Shown piece after piece: positions 46,100 through 54,545 of a stretch of DNA of 64,000 bases. The notes below the pieces were generated by a model. That model was not told the origin of the DNA and ran no database searches. It saw only the letters and a list, made by a program, of their open reading frames with translations. The stretch is from Candidatus Kerfeldbacteria bacterium (lineage in GTDB: Bacteria > Patescibacteriota > Patescibacteriia > SBBC01 > CAIJZX01), in the NCBI GenBank assembly GCA_963731735.1, contig CAVSWO010000001.1, positions 761 through 64,760 on the forward strand. The letters are read 5' to 3'. Every line of letters starts with the position of its first letter. Position 1 is the first letter of the stretch. The position numbers and the translations under genes were made by a program.

Positions 46100-46113
46100 T
46101 CGGTTGGCTTTTA
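46089..46113 (+). terminator. Intrinsic terminator
   Basis: GCCAACCG-TAAT-CGGTTGGC plus TTTTA. Confidence 0.7.
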
Positions 46114-46180
46114 TATTGCATCCGCCCGGGGTAGGAAATTTTGGCCGGATAGTATATACTCAAACCGGAGGTATATGTAT

Positions 46181-47023
46181 ATGGCAACCGCTAAAAAGAA
46201 AACTCGAACAGCAAAAATTACCAATTCGTCGTCCAAGCCGGCAGAAAAAGCTCTACCCGCCTTGGAGCCAAAATTACAGAATCTTCGGGTCTGGAATTGG
46301 TCGATGGCCTTTTTGCATGCCATTTCTGGCAGTCTAATGCTTTGGCTTAGCACGGACTTTCGACTGCCGATCACCACCGCTTTCGTGCAATATAGTCCGA
46401 GCAGTCGAATGCTTGAACCGAATTTGCAAAACTTTGCGGAAGCCCGAATCGGTCCGTTGGTGGCCGGTTTTCTGTTCTTATCAGCGCTGGCGCATTTCCT
46501 GGTGGCCGGACCGTTTTATAAATGGTACACCGAGCATATCGTCAAAGGCATTAACCCGGCTCGCTGGATTGAATATACATTTTCATCATCCTTGATGATT
46601 GTCGTGATCGCCATGCTGGTTGGCGTCTATGATATCGGCACCCTGATCGCTATCTTCGGACTGAACGCGATGATGATTCTCTTCGGGTGGGTGATGGAGC
46701 TCCATAATCAAACCACTCAACGGACTGATTGGACGAGTTTCGTGTTTGGGTCAGTGGCGGGAATAATCCCTTGGATCGTGATTGGCATCTATTTATTTGG
46801 CGCTGGAAACGGCAATGGCGAAGTCCCAACGTTCGTGTACTGGATTTACGGTTCAATATTTGTCTTCTTCAACTGCTTCGCCTTGAATATGGTGCTCCAA
46901 TACAAACGGGTCGGCCGCTGGCAGGACTATTTGTTTGGAGAGAAAACATATCTCATCTTGAGTTTGGTGGCTAAATCACTGCTGGCCTGGCAAGTTTTTG
47001 CCGGTACGCTTCGGCCGGTCTAG
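46181..47023 (+). CDS. heR: Heliorhodopsin
   Basis: 7 TMs; LRVWN..AFLH, SALAH, NPARWIEY.FSSSLM and TM7 LSLVAKSLLAW (retinal Lys); SD GGAGGT 8 nt before the ATG. Confidence 0.93.
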   Translation: MATAKKKTRTAKITNSSSKPAEKALPALEPKLQNLRVWNWSMAFLHAISGSLMLWLSTDFRLPITTAFVQYSPSSRMLEPNLQNFAEARIGPLVAGFLFLSALAHFLVAGPFYKWYTEHIVKGINPARWIEYTFSSSLMIVVIAMLVGVYDIGTLIAIFGLNAMMILFGWVMELHNQTTQRTDWTSFVFGSVAGIIPWIVIGIYLFGAGNGNGEVPTFVYWIYGSIFVFFNCFALNMVLQYKRVGRWQDYLFGEKTYLILSLVAKSLLAWQVFAGTLRPV

Positions 47024-47044
47024 TCCGTCAATTGGATTCATACC

Positions 47045-47073
47045 TTGACAGCCGAAGCATCCTTGGGTATAGT
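47045..47073 (+). promoter_or_regulatory. sigma70 promoter of the infA/alpha operon
   Basis: TTGACA-17 bp-TATAGT. Confidence 0.75.
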
Positions 47074-47079
47074 TTTTTA

Positions 47080-47168
47080 GTACCTCACGACTTTGTCCCG
47101 TATTTGACGCTAAGACTAGCGAAATTTCGGGCCTATCGGCATCGATAGGCAGGGCAAGTTCGGGGTGC
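47080..47168 (+). promoter_or_regulatory. Structured 5' leader (candidate r-protein leader)
   Basis: Nested stems GTACCTC/GGGGTGC, ACTTTGTCC/GGGCAAGT, CGCTA/TAGCG and GCCTATCG/CGATAGGC. Confidence 0.5.
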
Positions 47169-47185
47169 AGATCCTCGATTTTTCG

Positions 47186-47467
47186 ATGTATAAACGACAA
47201 CAGACCAATCGACAAAAAAACGCGGAACATCGTCCGCGGGGTCCGCGAGACCGTACCGATAAAGGGTTTTTAACCTTGACCGGGATGGTGATCGAGGCTC
47301 TGCCAGGCACTATGTTTCGGGTCGAGCTGGAAAATGGGCATACCATTTTGGCTCACCTGGCCGGAAAAATGCGAATGCATCGCATGAAAGTCCTGCCGGG
47401 CGATAAGGTGTCGGTTGAAATGACACCGTACGACCTGACCAAAGGTCGAATCGTCTACCGTCTGTGA
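47186..47467 (+). CDS. infA: Translation initiation factor IF-1
   Basis: [40 protein letters not shown]. Confidence 0.96.
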   Translation: MYKRQQTNRQKNAEHRPRGPRDRTDKGFLTLTGMVIEALPGTMFRVELENGHTILAHLAGKMRMHRMKVLPGDKVSVEMTPYDLTKGRIVYRL

Positions 47468-47479
47468 TTACGACTCTCT

Positions 47480-47596
47480 ATGAAAGTTCGATCATCCGTC
47501 AAAGTTATGTGTAAGAAATGCCGCGTTATTCGACGTGGCAAACGGGTATTGGTTGTTTGTCCAGCCAATCCGAAACATAAGCAACGACAAGGATAA
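47480..47596 (+). CDS. rpmJ: 50S ribosomal protein L36 (absent from the ORF track)
   Basis: [38 protein letters not shown]. Confidence 0.96.
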   Translation: MKVRSSVKVMCKKCRVIRRGKRVLVVCPANPKHKQRQG

Positions 47597-47598
47597 CT

Positions 47599-47994
47599 AT
47601 GGCTGCGGTTCGAATTGCTGGAATTACTCTCCCGAACAACAAACGCGTGTTTGTCGCGCTGCAATATATTTACGGCGTGGGACCGCGAGTTGCGCGGGTG
47701 GTATTAAGCGAAGCGAAGATTGAGGACAACCCGAAAGTTGATTCACTGACTGAAGCGCAAGTTATTAAACTTCGTGAACTGGTAGAAAAAAATCATCGGG
47801 TTGAAGGCGATCTGAAACGAGAAATTCTTTTGAATATTAAACGGCTAAAGGAAATTGGGAGCTATCGCGGTGCGCGCCATAGCAAAAATTTACCGACCCG
47901 TGGACAACGAACCAAAACGAATTCACGGACGGTCCGTGGGAACGTCCGGCGTACCATGGGTTCTGGCCGCAAGCCGTCAGCGGAAAAGACCTAA
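47599..47994 (+). CDS. rpsM: 30S ribosomal protein S13
   Basis: RIAGI, ALQYIYGVG and YRGARH..LPTRGQRTKTN motifs. Confidence 0.96.
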   Translation: MAAVRIAGITLPNNKRVFVALQYIYGVGPRVARVVLSEAKIEDNPKVDSLTEAQVIKLRELVEKNHRVEGDLKREILLNIKRLKEIGSYRGARHSKNLPTRGQRTKTNSRTVRGNVRRTMGSGRKPSAEKT

Positions 47995-48003
47995 ACTATA
48001 TTT

Positions 48004-48483
48004 ATGAACGATCAAGAAGTTACCAAACCCGTCGCCAACGCAAACGAGCCGACCGCCGAAACGCCGGTTGAAGCCGGGCCGCCGGCCAAGGTTGAAGCGA
48101 CGCCGAAGACCGCCAAGAAGGGCAAGAAAAAAAAGTTTGTCCAGTCTGGTTTGGCGCATATTCAAGCCACCTACAACAATACCATCGTGACTATCTCAGA
48201 TCCGCAAGGGAATGTTTTGGCCTGGAGTTCGGCCGGCAAAGTTGGTTTCCGGGGTCCGAAAAAAAGTACACCATACGCCGCTTCGGTTATCGTCCGCGAC
48301 CTGGTTGAACGCGTCAAACCGATGGGTCTGAAACAAGTTGATGTATTCATTACGGGTGTCGGTCTCGGCCGGGAAGCCGCGGTTCGCGCCCTGGCCGCCC
48401 AAGGATTAACGATTTCTTCCATTAAGGACCAAACGCCGGCGCCCCACAATGGGCCACGCCCGCCGAAAGTCCGTCGCGTTTAA
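48004..48483 (+). CDS. rpsK: 30S ribosomal protein S11
   Basis: [19 protein letters not shown] and [16 protein letters not shown] motifs. Confidence 0.96.
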   Translation: MNDQEVTKPVANANEPTAETPVEAGPPAKVEATPKTAKKGKKKKFVQSGLAHIQATYNNTIVTISDPQGNVLAWSSAGKVGFRGPKKSTPYAASVIVRDLVERVKPMGLKQVDVFITGVGLGREAAVRALAAQGLTISSIKDQTPAPHNGPRPPKVRRV

Positions 48484-48488
48484 CTTCT

Positions 48489-49106
48489 ATGGCACGTCGT
48501 GTCGGCTCAAAAATAAAGCTTTCTCGCCGCTATGGTCAGGCCTTGTTTGGTACGGCCAAAGAGGCGAAAGTTATGCAACGTCGGCCATATGCGCCGGGTC
48601 AACATGGTCCAAACTCGCGCAGCCGGGTATCTGAATATGGGTTACAGCTGCGGGAAAAGCAGAAGGCCAAAATCATGTATGGTCTGCTGGAGCGTCAATT
48701 TCGAAAATATTATGAAGATGCGTTTCGAAAAACCGGCGATACGGGCGCTTTACTCTTAGAGTCCCTCGAACGACGGTTGGATAACGTCGTCTATCGTCTC
48801 GGTTTCGGCAGCACCCGGCAACAGGCGCGACAACTGGTTAGCCATGGACACATTACGGTCAACGGACGGCGAGTCGATATTCCTTCCTATCGGGTCACCG
48901 TCGGGGAGGTTGTCAAAATTCGTGACCAAAGCGCCCAAAAGAAATATTTCACCGATCAAGCCAAAACCTTAGAGAATTTTGAAGCGCCAGCCTGGCTCGA
49001 ACTCGATAAATCGGCGATGGCCGGGAAAGTGCTGAGTCTGCCGGCGGGTGATCAGTTGGAAGCCAATATCAATTCTCAGCTGATTGTTGAATTCTACTCC
49101 CGATAA
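48489..49106 (+). CDS. rpsD: 30S ribosomal protein S4
   Basis: [32 protein letters not shown] and LIVEFYSR motifs. Confidence 0.96.
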   Translation: MARRVGSKIKLSRRYGQALFGTAKEAKVMQRRPYAPGQHGPNSRSRVSEYGLQLREKQKAKIMYGLLERQFRKYYEDAFRKTGDTGALLLESLERRLDNVVYRLGFGSTRQQARQLVSHGHITVNGRRVDIPSYRVTVGEVVKIRDQSAQKKYFTDQAKTLENFEAPAWLELDKSAMAGKVLSLPAGDQLEANINSQLIVEFYSR

Positions 49107-49136
49107 TTTTTTGCAAATATTTATTAACCAACGCGT

Positions 49137-49982
49137 ATGAAATCTATTCCGCTCCCCAAATCTTTGTCCGAGCAAGCGGGTGATGGGAACCATCAAGCTA
49201 CTTTTATAATCGAACCGCTGTATCCAGGGTATGGCATGACGATTGGTAATACCTTGCGACGAGTTTTACTTTCGTCGCTTCCCGGCGCGGCTATCACCGC
49301 CGTCAAGGTCGAAGGTGCTGATCACGAGTTTTCCGGTCTGCCGCACGTTAAAGAAGATTTGGTAGATATTATTTTAAACTTGAAACAAGTCCGGCTGAAA
49401 CTGCATGGTAACGAGCCGGTGACCGTCCAGTTGAAAGTTTCTGGAGCCAAGACCGTTACCGCGGCTGATATCGCAAAAAATGCCGAGGTTGAAGTCGTCA
49501 GCCCCGACCAGGTGATTGCCACGCTGACGGATAAAGCCGCCAATCTCGATATGGAACTGACGGTTGCTCCGGGTCGCGGGTATATTCCGGTCGAAGCGCG
49601 CGAAAAAGAAAAATTGCCGATCGGCACGATCGCAATTGACGCGATTTATACCCCGGTAAAAAACGTAAATTTTGATACCGAACATGTGCGGGTTGAACAG
49701 ATGACCAACTTTGACAAGTTGAGCTTGCATATTACGACTGATGGATCGATTACGCCGGCCGAGGCGTTGCGCCAAGCGGCTGAAATCATGGTAGCGCATT
49801 TCCAGTTTGTGCTGGATGGCCCAACCCCAGAAGTCGAACCGATAGTGATTGATGAAGCCGCGACTGAACCAACCGAACCAGCCGAACCAGTCGAAGCCCC
49901 AGCCGATCCGGTTGCAGAAGAGAAGCCGAAGAAGAAAGCGGCTAAAAAAAAGAAAGACGAGACTGAAGGAACTGAGGACTAG
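49137..49982 (+). CDS. rpoA: RNA polymerase alpha subunit (lacks alpha-CTD)
   Basis: IEPLYPGYGMTIGNTLRRVLLSS, HEFS, GRGY and IDAIYTPV motifs; low-complexity tail. Confidence 0.95.
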   Translation: MKSIPLPKSLSEQAGDGNHQATFIIEPLYPGYGMTIGNTLRRVLLSSLPGAAITAVKVEGADHEFSGLPHVKEDLVDIILNLKQVRLKLHGNEPVTVQLKVSGAKTVTAADIAKNAEVEVVSPDQVIATLTDKAANLDMELTVAPGRGYIPVEAREKEKLPIGTIAIDAIYTPVKNVNFDTEHVRVEQMTNFDKLSLHITTDGSITPAEALRQAAEIMVAHFQFVLDGPTPEVEPIVIDEAATEPTEPAEPVEAPADPVAEEKPKKKAAKKKKDETEGTED

Positions 49983-49987
49983 TTTGC

Positions 49988-50341
49988 ATGCGCCATCGCA
50001 AGACAAACGCCACGCTCGATCGAAATAGCGCCCAGCGCCAACGGCTGATCCGGAACTTGGCATTGTCTTTGGTAACGCACGGCAAAATTGTTACCACCCG
50101 CGCCCGCGCCCGGGTTGTCCGGTCATATGTTGAGAAACTGATTACCACCGGCAAGCAGAAAGATCTGGCTCATCGCCGACAAATACTCCGCTACCTACCA
50201 AACGCGCGAGCGGCTGAAAAGATTCTGTCCGAGCTGAGCCCGAAATTTCTTGAACGTCGTGGTGGCTATACCCGAGTGGTCAAAATGAACCGCCGGGCCG
50301 GCGACGGAGCGGAACAAGTCGTGATTGAATTTGTAGCTTAA
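49988..50341 (+). CDS. rplQ: 50S ribosomal protein L17
   Basis: MRHRK, IVTT..A and RRGGYTRVVK..RAGDGA motifs. Confidence 0.95.
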   Translation: MRHRKTNATLDRNSAQRQRLIRNLALSLVTHGKIVTTRARARVVRSYVEKLITTGKQKDLAHRRQILRYLPNARAAEKILSELSPKFLERRGGYTRVVKMNRRAGDGAEQVVIEFVA

Positions 50342-50345
50342 CGAT

Positions 50346-50687
50346 ATGCGAATTATTGAAATTGACGCTACGAATAAGATTCTGGGGCGGCTGGCTACCC
50401 GGATCGCCGAAGAGTTGCGCGGGAAAAACCTCACGACTTTTCGGCCTGATCGTTTACCGGACGTGACGGTCAAAGTCTCCAATGTTTCAAAACTCAAAGT
50501 GTCCGGACAGAAGTTAGCACAAAAGAAATATCACCGATATTCCGGCTATCCGGGCGGATTGAAGACCGAGACCTTGGCCATCGCGATGGCCAAACATCCA
50601 GACCGTGTCTTGATGCTGGCTGTCAAACGAATGTTGCCTGATAACCGACTGCGAGCCGTGATGCTTAAACGTTTGATCATTTCCTAA
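50346..50687 (+). CDS. rplM: 50S ribosomal protein L13
   Basis: IDATNKILGRLAT, YSGYPGGLK and AVKRMLP motifs. Confidence 0.94.
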   Translation: MRIIEIDATNKILGRLATRIAEELRGKNLTTFRPDRLPDVTVKVSNVSKLKVSGQKLAQKKYHRYSGYPGGLKTETLAIAMAKHPDRVLMLAVKRMLPDNRLRAVMLKRLIIS

Positions 50688-50689
50688 CC

Positions 50690-51214
50690 ATGCCAACCAA
50701 ACCTGTCACAAAAAAAACCACCAAGCCGCGTTCAACGGTCAAACGCGCCTCGACTCGGAAAAAGGCTGCAACTCCTGCCTCAGCGCCAGCCACCCGCCCG
50801 GCCGCGCATAAACGAGCCGTCAAACGGACCTATACCTTCGCCGTCGGCCGCCGCAAGGAAGCGATTGCGCGCGTGCGTTGGCAGGCTGAAGGGAAGGGTG
50901 AAATGACCGTGAACGGACGGACACTGGCAGAATATTTTCCGGTGATTGAACAGCAACAACTGGTCCGGTCGCCGTTGACGCTGACCCAGCTGGAGCAAGC
51001 TGGCTCAATTACCGTCAAAGTCGCCGGGGGCGGCAGCCAGGGACAAGCCGAAGCGGTGCGGCTGGGGATTGCTCGCGTGCTGGTGATTCGTGATGCCGAT
51101 CTTCGTTTAGTGCTGAAACGAGCTGGATTCCTGCGACGCGACCCGCGGGTCAAGGAACGGAAGAAATACGGTCTTAAGCGCGCCCGGCGCGCGCCGCAGT
51201 GGCAGAAGCGCTAA
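50690..51214 (+). CDS. rpsI: 30S ribosomal protein S9
   Basis: GRRKEAIARV, GGGSQGQAEA and ERKKYGLKRARRAPQWQKR motifs. Confidence 0.96.
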   Translation: MPTKPVTKKTTKPRSTVKRASTRKKAATPASAPATRPAAHKRAVKRTYTFAVGRRKEAIARVRWQAEGKGEMTVNGRTLAEYFPVIEQQQLVRSPLTLTQLEQAGSITVKVAGGGSQGQAEAVRLGIARVLVIRDADLRLVLKRAGFLRRDPRVKERKKYGLKRARRAPQWQKR

Positions 51215-51234
51215 GCGCCTGCTACACTATGGGT

Positions 51235-52710
51235 ATGGACAGCGCGCCAGCCCAATCTGCCGGCAATCGAATTGCTCGCAACACGACCTATTTAACCGGG
51301 GCCCTGATTGGGCAGAAGGTTTTGTCGTTTCTGTACGTTTTGATTTTGGCGCGCCTGGTCGGTGTTTCGATTACCGGCGATTACTTCAGCGCCTTGTCGT
51401 TCATGACGCTGTTCATGATCTTCATCGATTTTGGTCTGACCACGGCCTTTATACGACAAACAGCCCGTAACCGCGCTGAAGGCCAAGCCGACTTTAACTA
51501 CGTCATCACCTTTAAAGTCATCACCTCAATTTTAGTGGTGGCCGCCCTGCTCGGGACAGTGACCTTGCTGGAAGCGATGGGCCGGGGTCATCCGGATATC
51601 GCTTTTGTACGTTGGGCGGCGATTGTGATGGTGGTCGATTCGTTTACCCAAACACTCTACGGGTATTTTCGAGGCGTGCAATTGCTGCAGTATGAGTCAA
51701 TTGGTACGCTCTTACATCGGGTGATGGTTATGCTGGTTGGTATTACCGGGCTGATTCTCGGGGCAAATCCGATTATCACCATGATCGCCTTGCTGGCCGG
51801 CAGTTTTTCAAATTTTCTCTATGCCGCCTTCCACCTCTGGCGACACGGAGTTCACTGGACGCCGAGTATCAATTGGCCGATTCTCCGACGATTATTGACC
51901 ATCGCTATCCCGTTTGGGATTGCCGGTGTCTTTACTTCTATTTACGCCAGCAGTGATAATGTCTTGTTGTCGATCTTTACGGACCAACGTGCGGTCGGAC
52001 TGTATGCGCTGGCCGCTAAAATAATTTTAGCATTTCAGATAATTCCCCAGGGACTGGTCGCCGCCACGTTTCCGGCCATGAGCTCAGCCTTTGTTGATAA
52101 TCGTGATCGGTTAACGAAAATTTTTCAATATTCGATGCAGTATTTGATGGTCTTTGCGATCCCGCTGATGGTGGTACTCTTTTTATTAGCCGATCAAATT
52201 ATTATTTTAGGCTGGGGCCAGGTTTGGCTGGACGCGGTTTGGCCACTTCGATTTCTGGCTTTAGGTTTGCCATTTTTATTTTTAAATTTCCCGGTTGGAC
52301 ATTTATTGAATGCTTCAAACCAACAGACTCGGAATACCATCAACATCGCGATTACCGTGGTGGTCAATATTATCCTGAACCTCGTCTTTATTGAACGCTA
52401 TGGATATCAATCGGTGACGGTGGTGGCCTTAATCTCGTCCGCCCTGTTGTTTAGCCTAGGTTTATGGTATGTCCGACGAGTGATTACCATTCCGACGAGG
52501 ATCCTCTTGGTGACCCTAGGCAAAACCTTAGCGGCCGGGGTCATTTTGGCCCTGTTTGGGTGGTGGCTGATTCCGCAACTGAACGGCCGGGCCGGGGTGG
52601 TGACGGCCGCGGTCTTGATGGCATCGCTCTACGTGCTGCTAATATTTGCCTTACGAATTATCCGTCAACAAGATCTGCACGGGTTAGTTCGGCGGCTGCG
52701 CCGATCATGA
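51235..52710 (+). CDS. Wzx/MOP family oligosaccharide flippase
   Basis: IARNT, ARLVG..GDY..A, IDFGL and AVGLY..A motifs; about 14 TMs. Confidence 0.88.
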   Translation: MDSAPAQSAGNRIARNTTYLTGALIGQKVLSFLYVLILARLVGVSITGDYFSALSFMTLFMIFIDFGLTTAFIRQTARNRAEGQADFNYVITFKVITSILVVAALLGTVTLLEAMGRGHPDIAFVRWAAIVMVVDSFTQTLYGYFRGVQLLQYESIGTLLHRVMVMLVGITGLILGANPIITMIALLAGSFSNFLYAAFHLWRHGVHWTPSINWPILRRLLTIAIPFGIAGVFTSIYASSDNVLLSIFTDQRAVGLYALAAKIILAFQIIPQGLVAATFPAMSSAFVDNRDRLTKIFQYSMQYLMVFAIPLMVVLFLLADQIIILGWGQVWLDAVWPLRFLALGLPFLFLNFPVGHLLNASNQQTRNTINIAITVVVNIILNLVFIERYGYQSVTVVALISSALLFSLGLWYVRRVITIPTRILLVTLGKTLAAGVILALFGWWLIPQLNGRAGVVTAAVLMASLYVLLIFALRIIRQQDLHGLVRRLRRS

Positions 52711-54509
52711 AGCGCGTAGTATTTTTAACAGAATTTTTTCCGCCGGCATATGGCGGAATTCAATGGACCAGCCAAGTAGCGGCCCAGGCGCTTGGTCCGG
52801 ATTTGCTGGTGGTGGCCCCGCCCCAAACCGGATCAGTGGATTTTGATCGATTACAGCCGTACAGCATCATCCGACGATCACTATTTTCGGGTCGGCATTG
52901 GCCGCGCTGGTGGTGGCTGGTTGGATGGCTCAAGAAACAGCATCGCGCGGGAACGGAAATTGTGTTATTTGGGCATTACAGTGCGGCCGTGTTGGCCGGC
53001 TGGATCGTCCATTTTTTTGGATTGCGGTATGCCGTGATGATTCACGGCCGGGATGTATTAGTTGAACAGCGCCGATTACCTAGCTGGCTGATTGGTTCAA
53101 GTCTTCGAGCCGCCGATTGGATTGGTGTGAATAGTACGTTTACCGGCAATCTGGTTCGGGTGTACAACGTCCCAAACAGTAAAATAGTTGCGACGCATCC
53201 GGCGGTGGCGGTGCAAACAATCAATCGACCGTCGCAAGCCCCACTCGCTTTGATTACTATTTGCCGCTTGGTGGCCCGAAAAAATGTGGCCAACACTCTG
53301 CAGGCTATGGCGGTACTGCGTTCTCGATTTCCGAACTTGCAATTACAGGTCATTGGTGATGGTTCAGAGCGTCCAGCCCTGGAGGCCTTGGCGCTCAAAT
53401 TGGGTATCAATTCGCAAGTGCATTTTCACGGCTGGGTAGATGAAAAGCGTAAACAGGCGTTACTCGCCCAAAGTTCGATCGCGGTTATGGTTCCGCGCGA
53501 GCGAGAAGCGGGGACCGATGTTGAAGGTTTAGGAATATTTTATTTGGAGGCGGCCGCCCATGGCTTACCCCTAATTGCGAGTCCAACCGGGGGAGTCAGG
53601 GACGTGGTCCAACCAGCCGTAACCGGGAAACTTGTCCCGGCTGATGATCCGAAGGCTTTGGCTGCAGCCATCGGCCAACTCCTTGAGTCTCCGGAGCAGT
53701 TGCGGCAACTTGGCCAGCGCGCGCACGACCTGGTAAAAACCGAATGGAGCCTAGAGGTGCGAAATCGCCGACTACGGGCTTTGGTTGAACGGGCGGCCAT
53801 GGCTCAGGCGCCAAAAATATCGGTGATCATCCCGACCTATCAATCGGCGACTACCATCGGCGAGACGCTCCGCGACTTAGCGAATCAAACCTGGCCGAAT
53901 ACAGAAATTATCGTGGTGGATGATGGTTCGACTGATAACTTAGCGGAGGCGATCGCCGCTTGGAAGCACCAGCTGCTATTCATGCAACAACCCCATAGCG
54001 GTGCGCCGGTGGCCCGCAATGCCGGCGCCGCCAAGGCGAGCGGGGAGTATTTGCTATTTTTGGATGCTGACACCCGGTTGCAACCGACGATGCTGACCGA
54101 GATGGCTGTCGCATTATTGACTCATCCGGAAGCAACCTGGGTCTATAGCGATTTTATTTTTGGGCCAAAACATTTTCACCTGTGGGAGTATTCGAAAAAG
54201 AAATTGGCACAGATGAATTATATCCATACCTCCTCGTTACTTCGGGCAACTGCTTTTCCCGGATTTGATCCGTCCTTAAAAAAATTTCAAGATTGGGATT
54301 TGTGGTTGACGCTGGCCAGTCAAAAACATCAGGGTCTTTGGATTCCATCCACCCTTTTTCGGGTGCAACAGCGGGCCGGCGGTATGAGCAGTTGGTTGCC
54401 GAAAATCGTTTATCAGCTACCGGGACTCGGCCAAGGGCAGGGGAGCGCCACCATCCGAAAATATCGGGAGGCCGAGGCGGTAATACGCAGCAAGCACCAG
54501 TTATCCTGA
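52707..54509 (+). CDS. Bifunctional glycosyltransferase (GT4 fused to GT2)
   Basis: FFPPAYGGI and EGLGIFYLEAAA (GT4), then SVIIPTY, VDDGSTD, FLDAD and QDWDLW (GT2). Confidence 0.88.
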   Translation: MKRVVFLTEFFPPAYGGIQWTSQVAAQALGPDLLVVAPPQTGSVDFDRLQPYSIIRRSLFSGRHWPRWWWLVGWLKKQHRAGTEIVLFGHYSAAVLAGWIVHFFGLRYAVMIHGRDVLVEQRRLPSWLIGSSLRAADWIGVNSTFTGNLVRVYNVPNSKIVATHPAVAVQTINRPSQAPLALITICRLVARKNVANTLQAMAVLRSRFPNLQLQVIGDGSERPALEALALKLGINSQVHFHGWVDEKRKQALLAQSSIAVMVPREREAGTDVEGLGIFYLEAAAHGLPLIASPTGGVRDVVQPAVTGKLVPADDPKALAAAIGQLLESPEQLRQLGQRAHDLVKTEWSLEVRNRRLRALVERAAMAQAPKISVIIPTYQSATTIGETLRDLANQTWPNTEIIVVDDGSTDNLAEAIAAWKHQLLFMQQPHSGAPVARNAGAAKASGEYLLFLDADTRLQPTMLTEMAVALLTHPEATWVYSDFIFGPKHFHLWEYSKKKLAQMNYIHTSSLLRATAFPGFDPSLKKFQDWDLWLTLASQKHQGLWIPSTLFRVQQRAGGMSSWLPKIVYQLPGLGQGQGSATIRKYREAEAVIRSKHQLS

Positions 54510-54545
54510 TTGCCAGTTTGCCCTGATTTTGGTAGTATCGGTTGC

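Noticed and set aside
49374-50063. 229-aa antisense ORF over rpoA, and other shadow ORFs
   Set aside because: Fully antisense to conserved genes with no motifs; expected from codon bias
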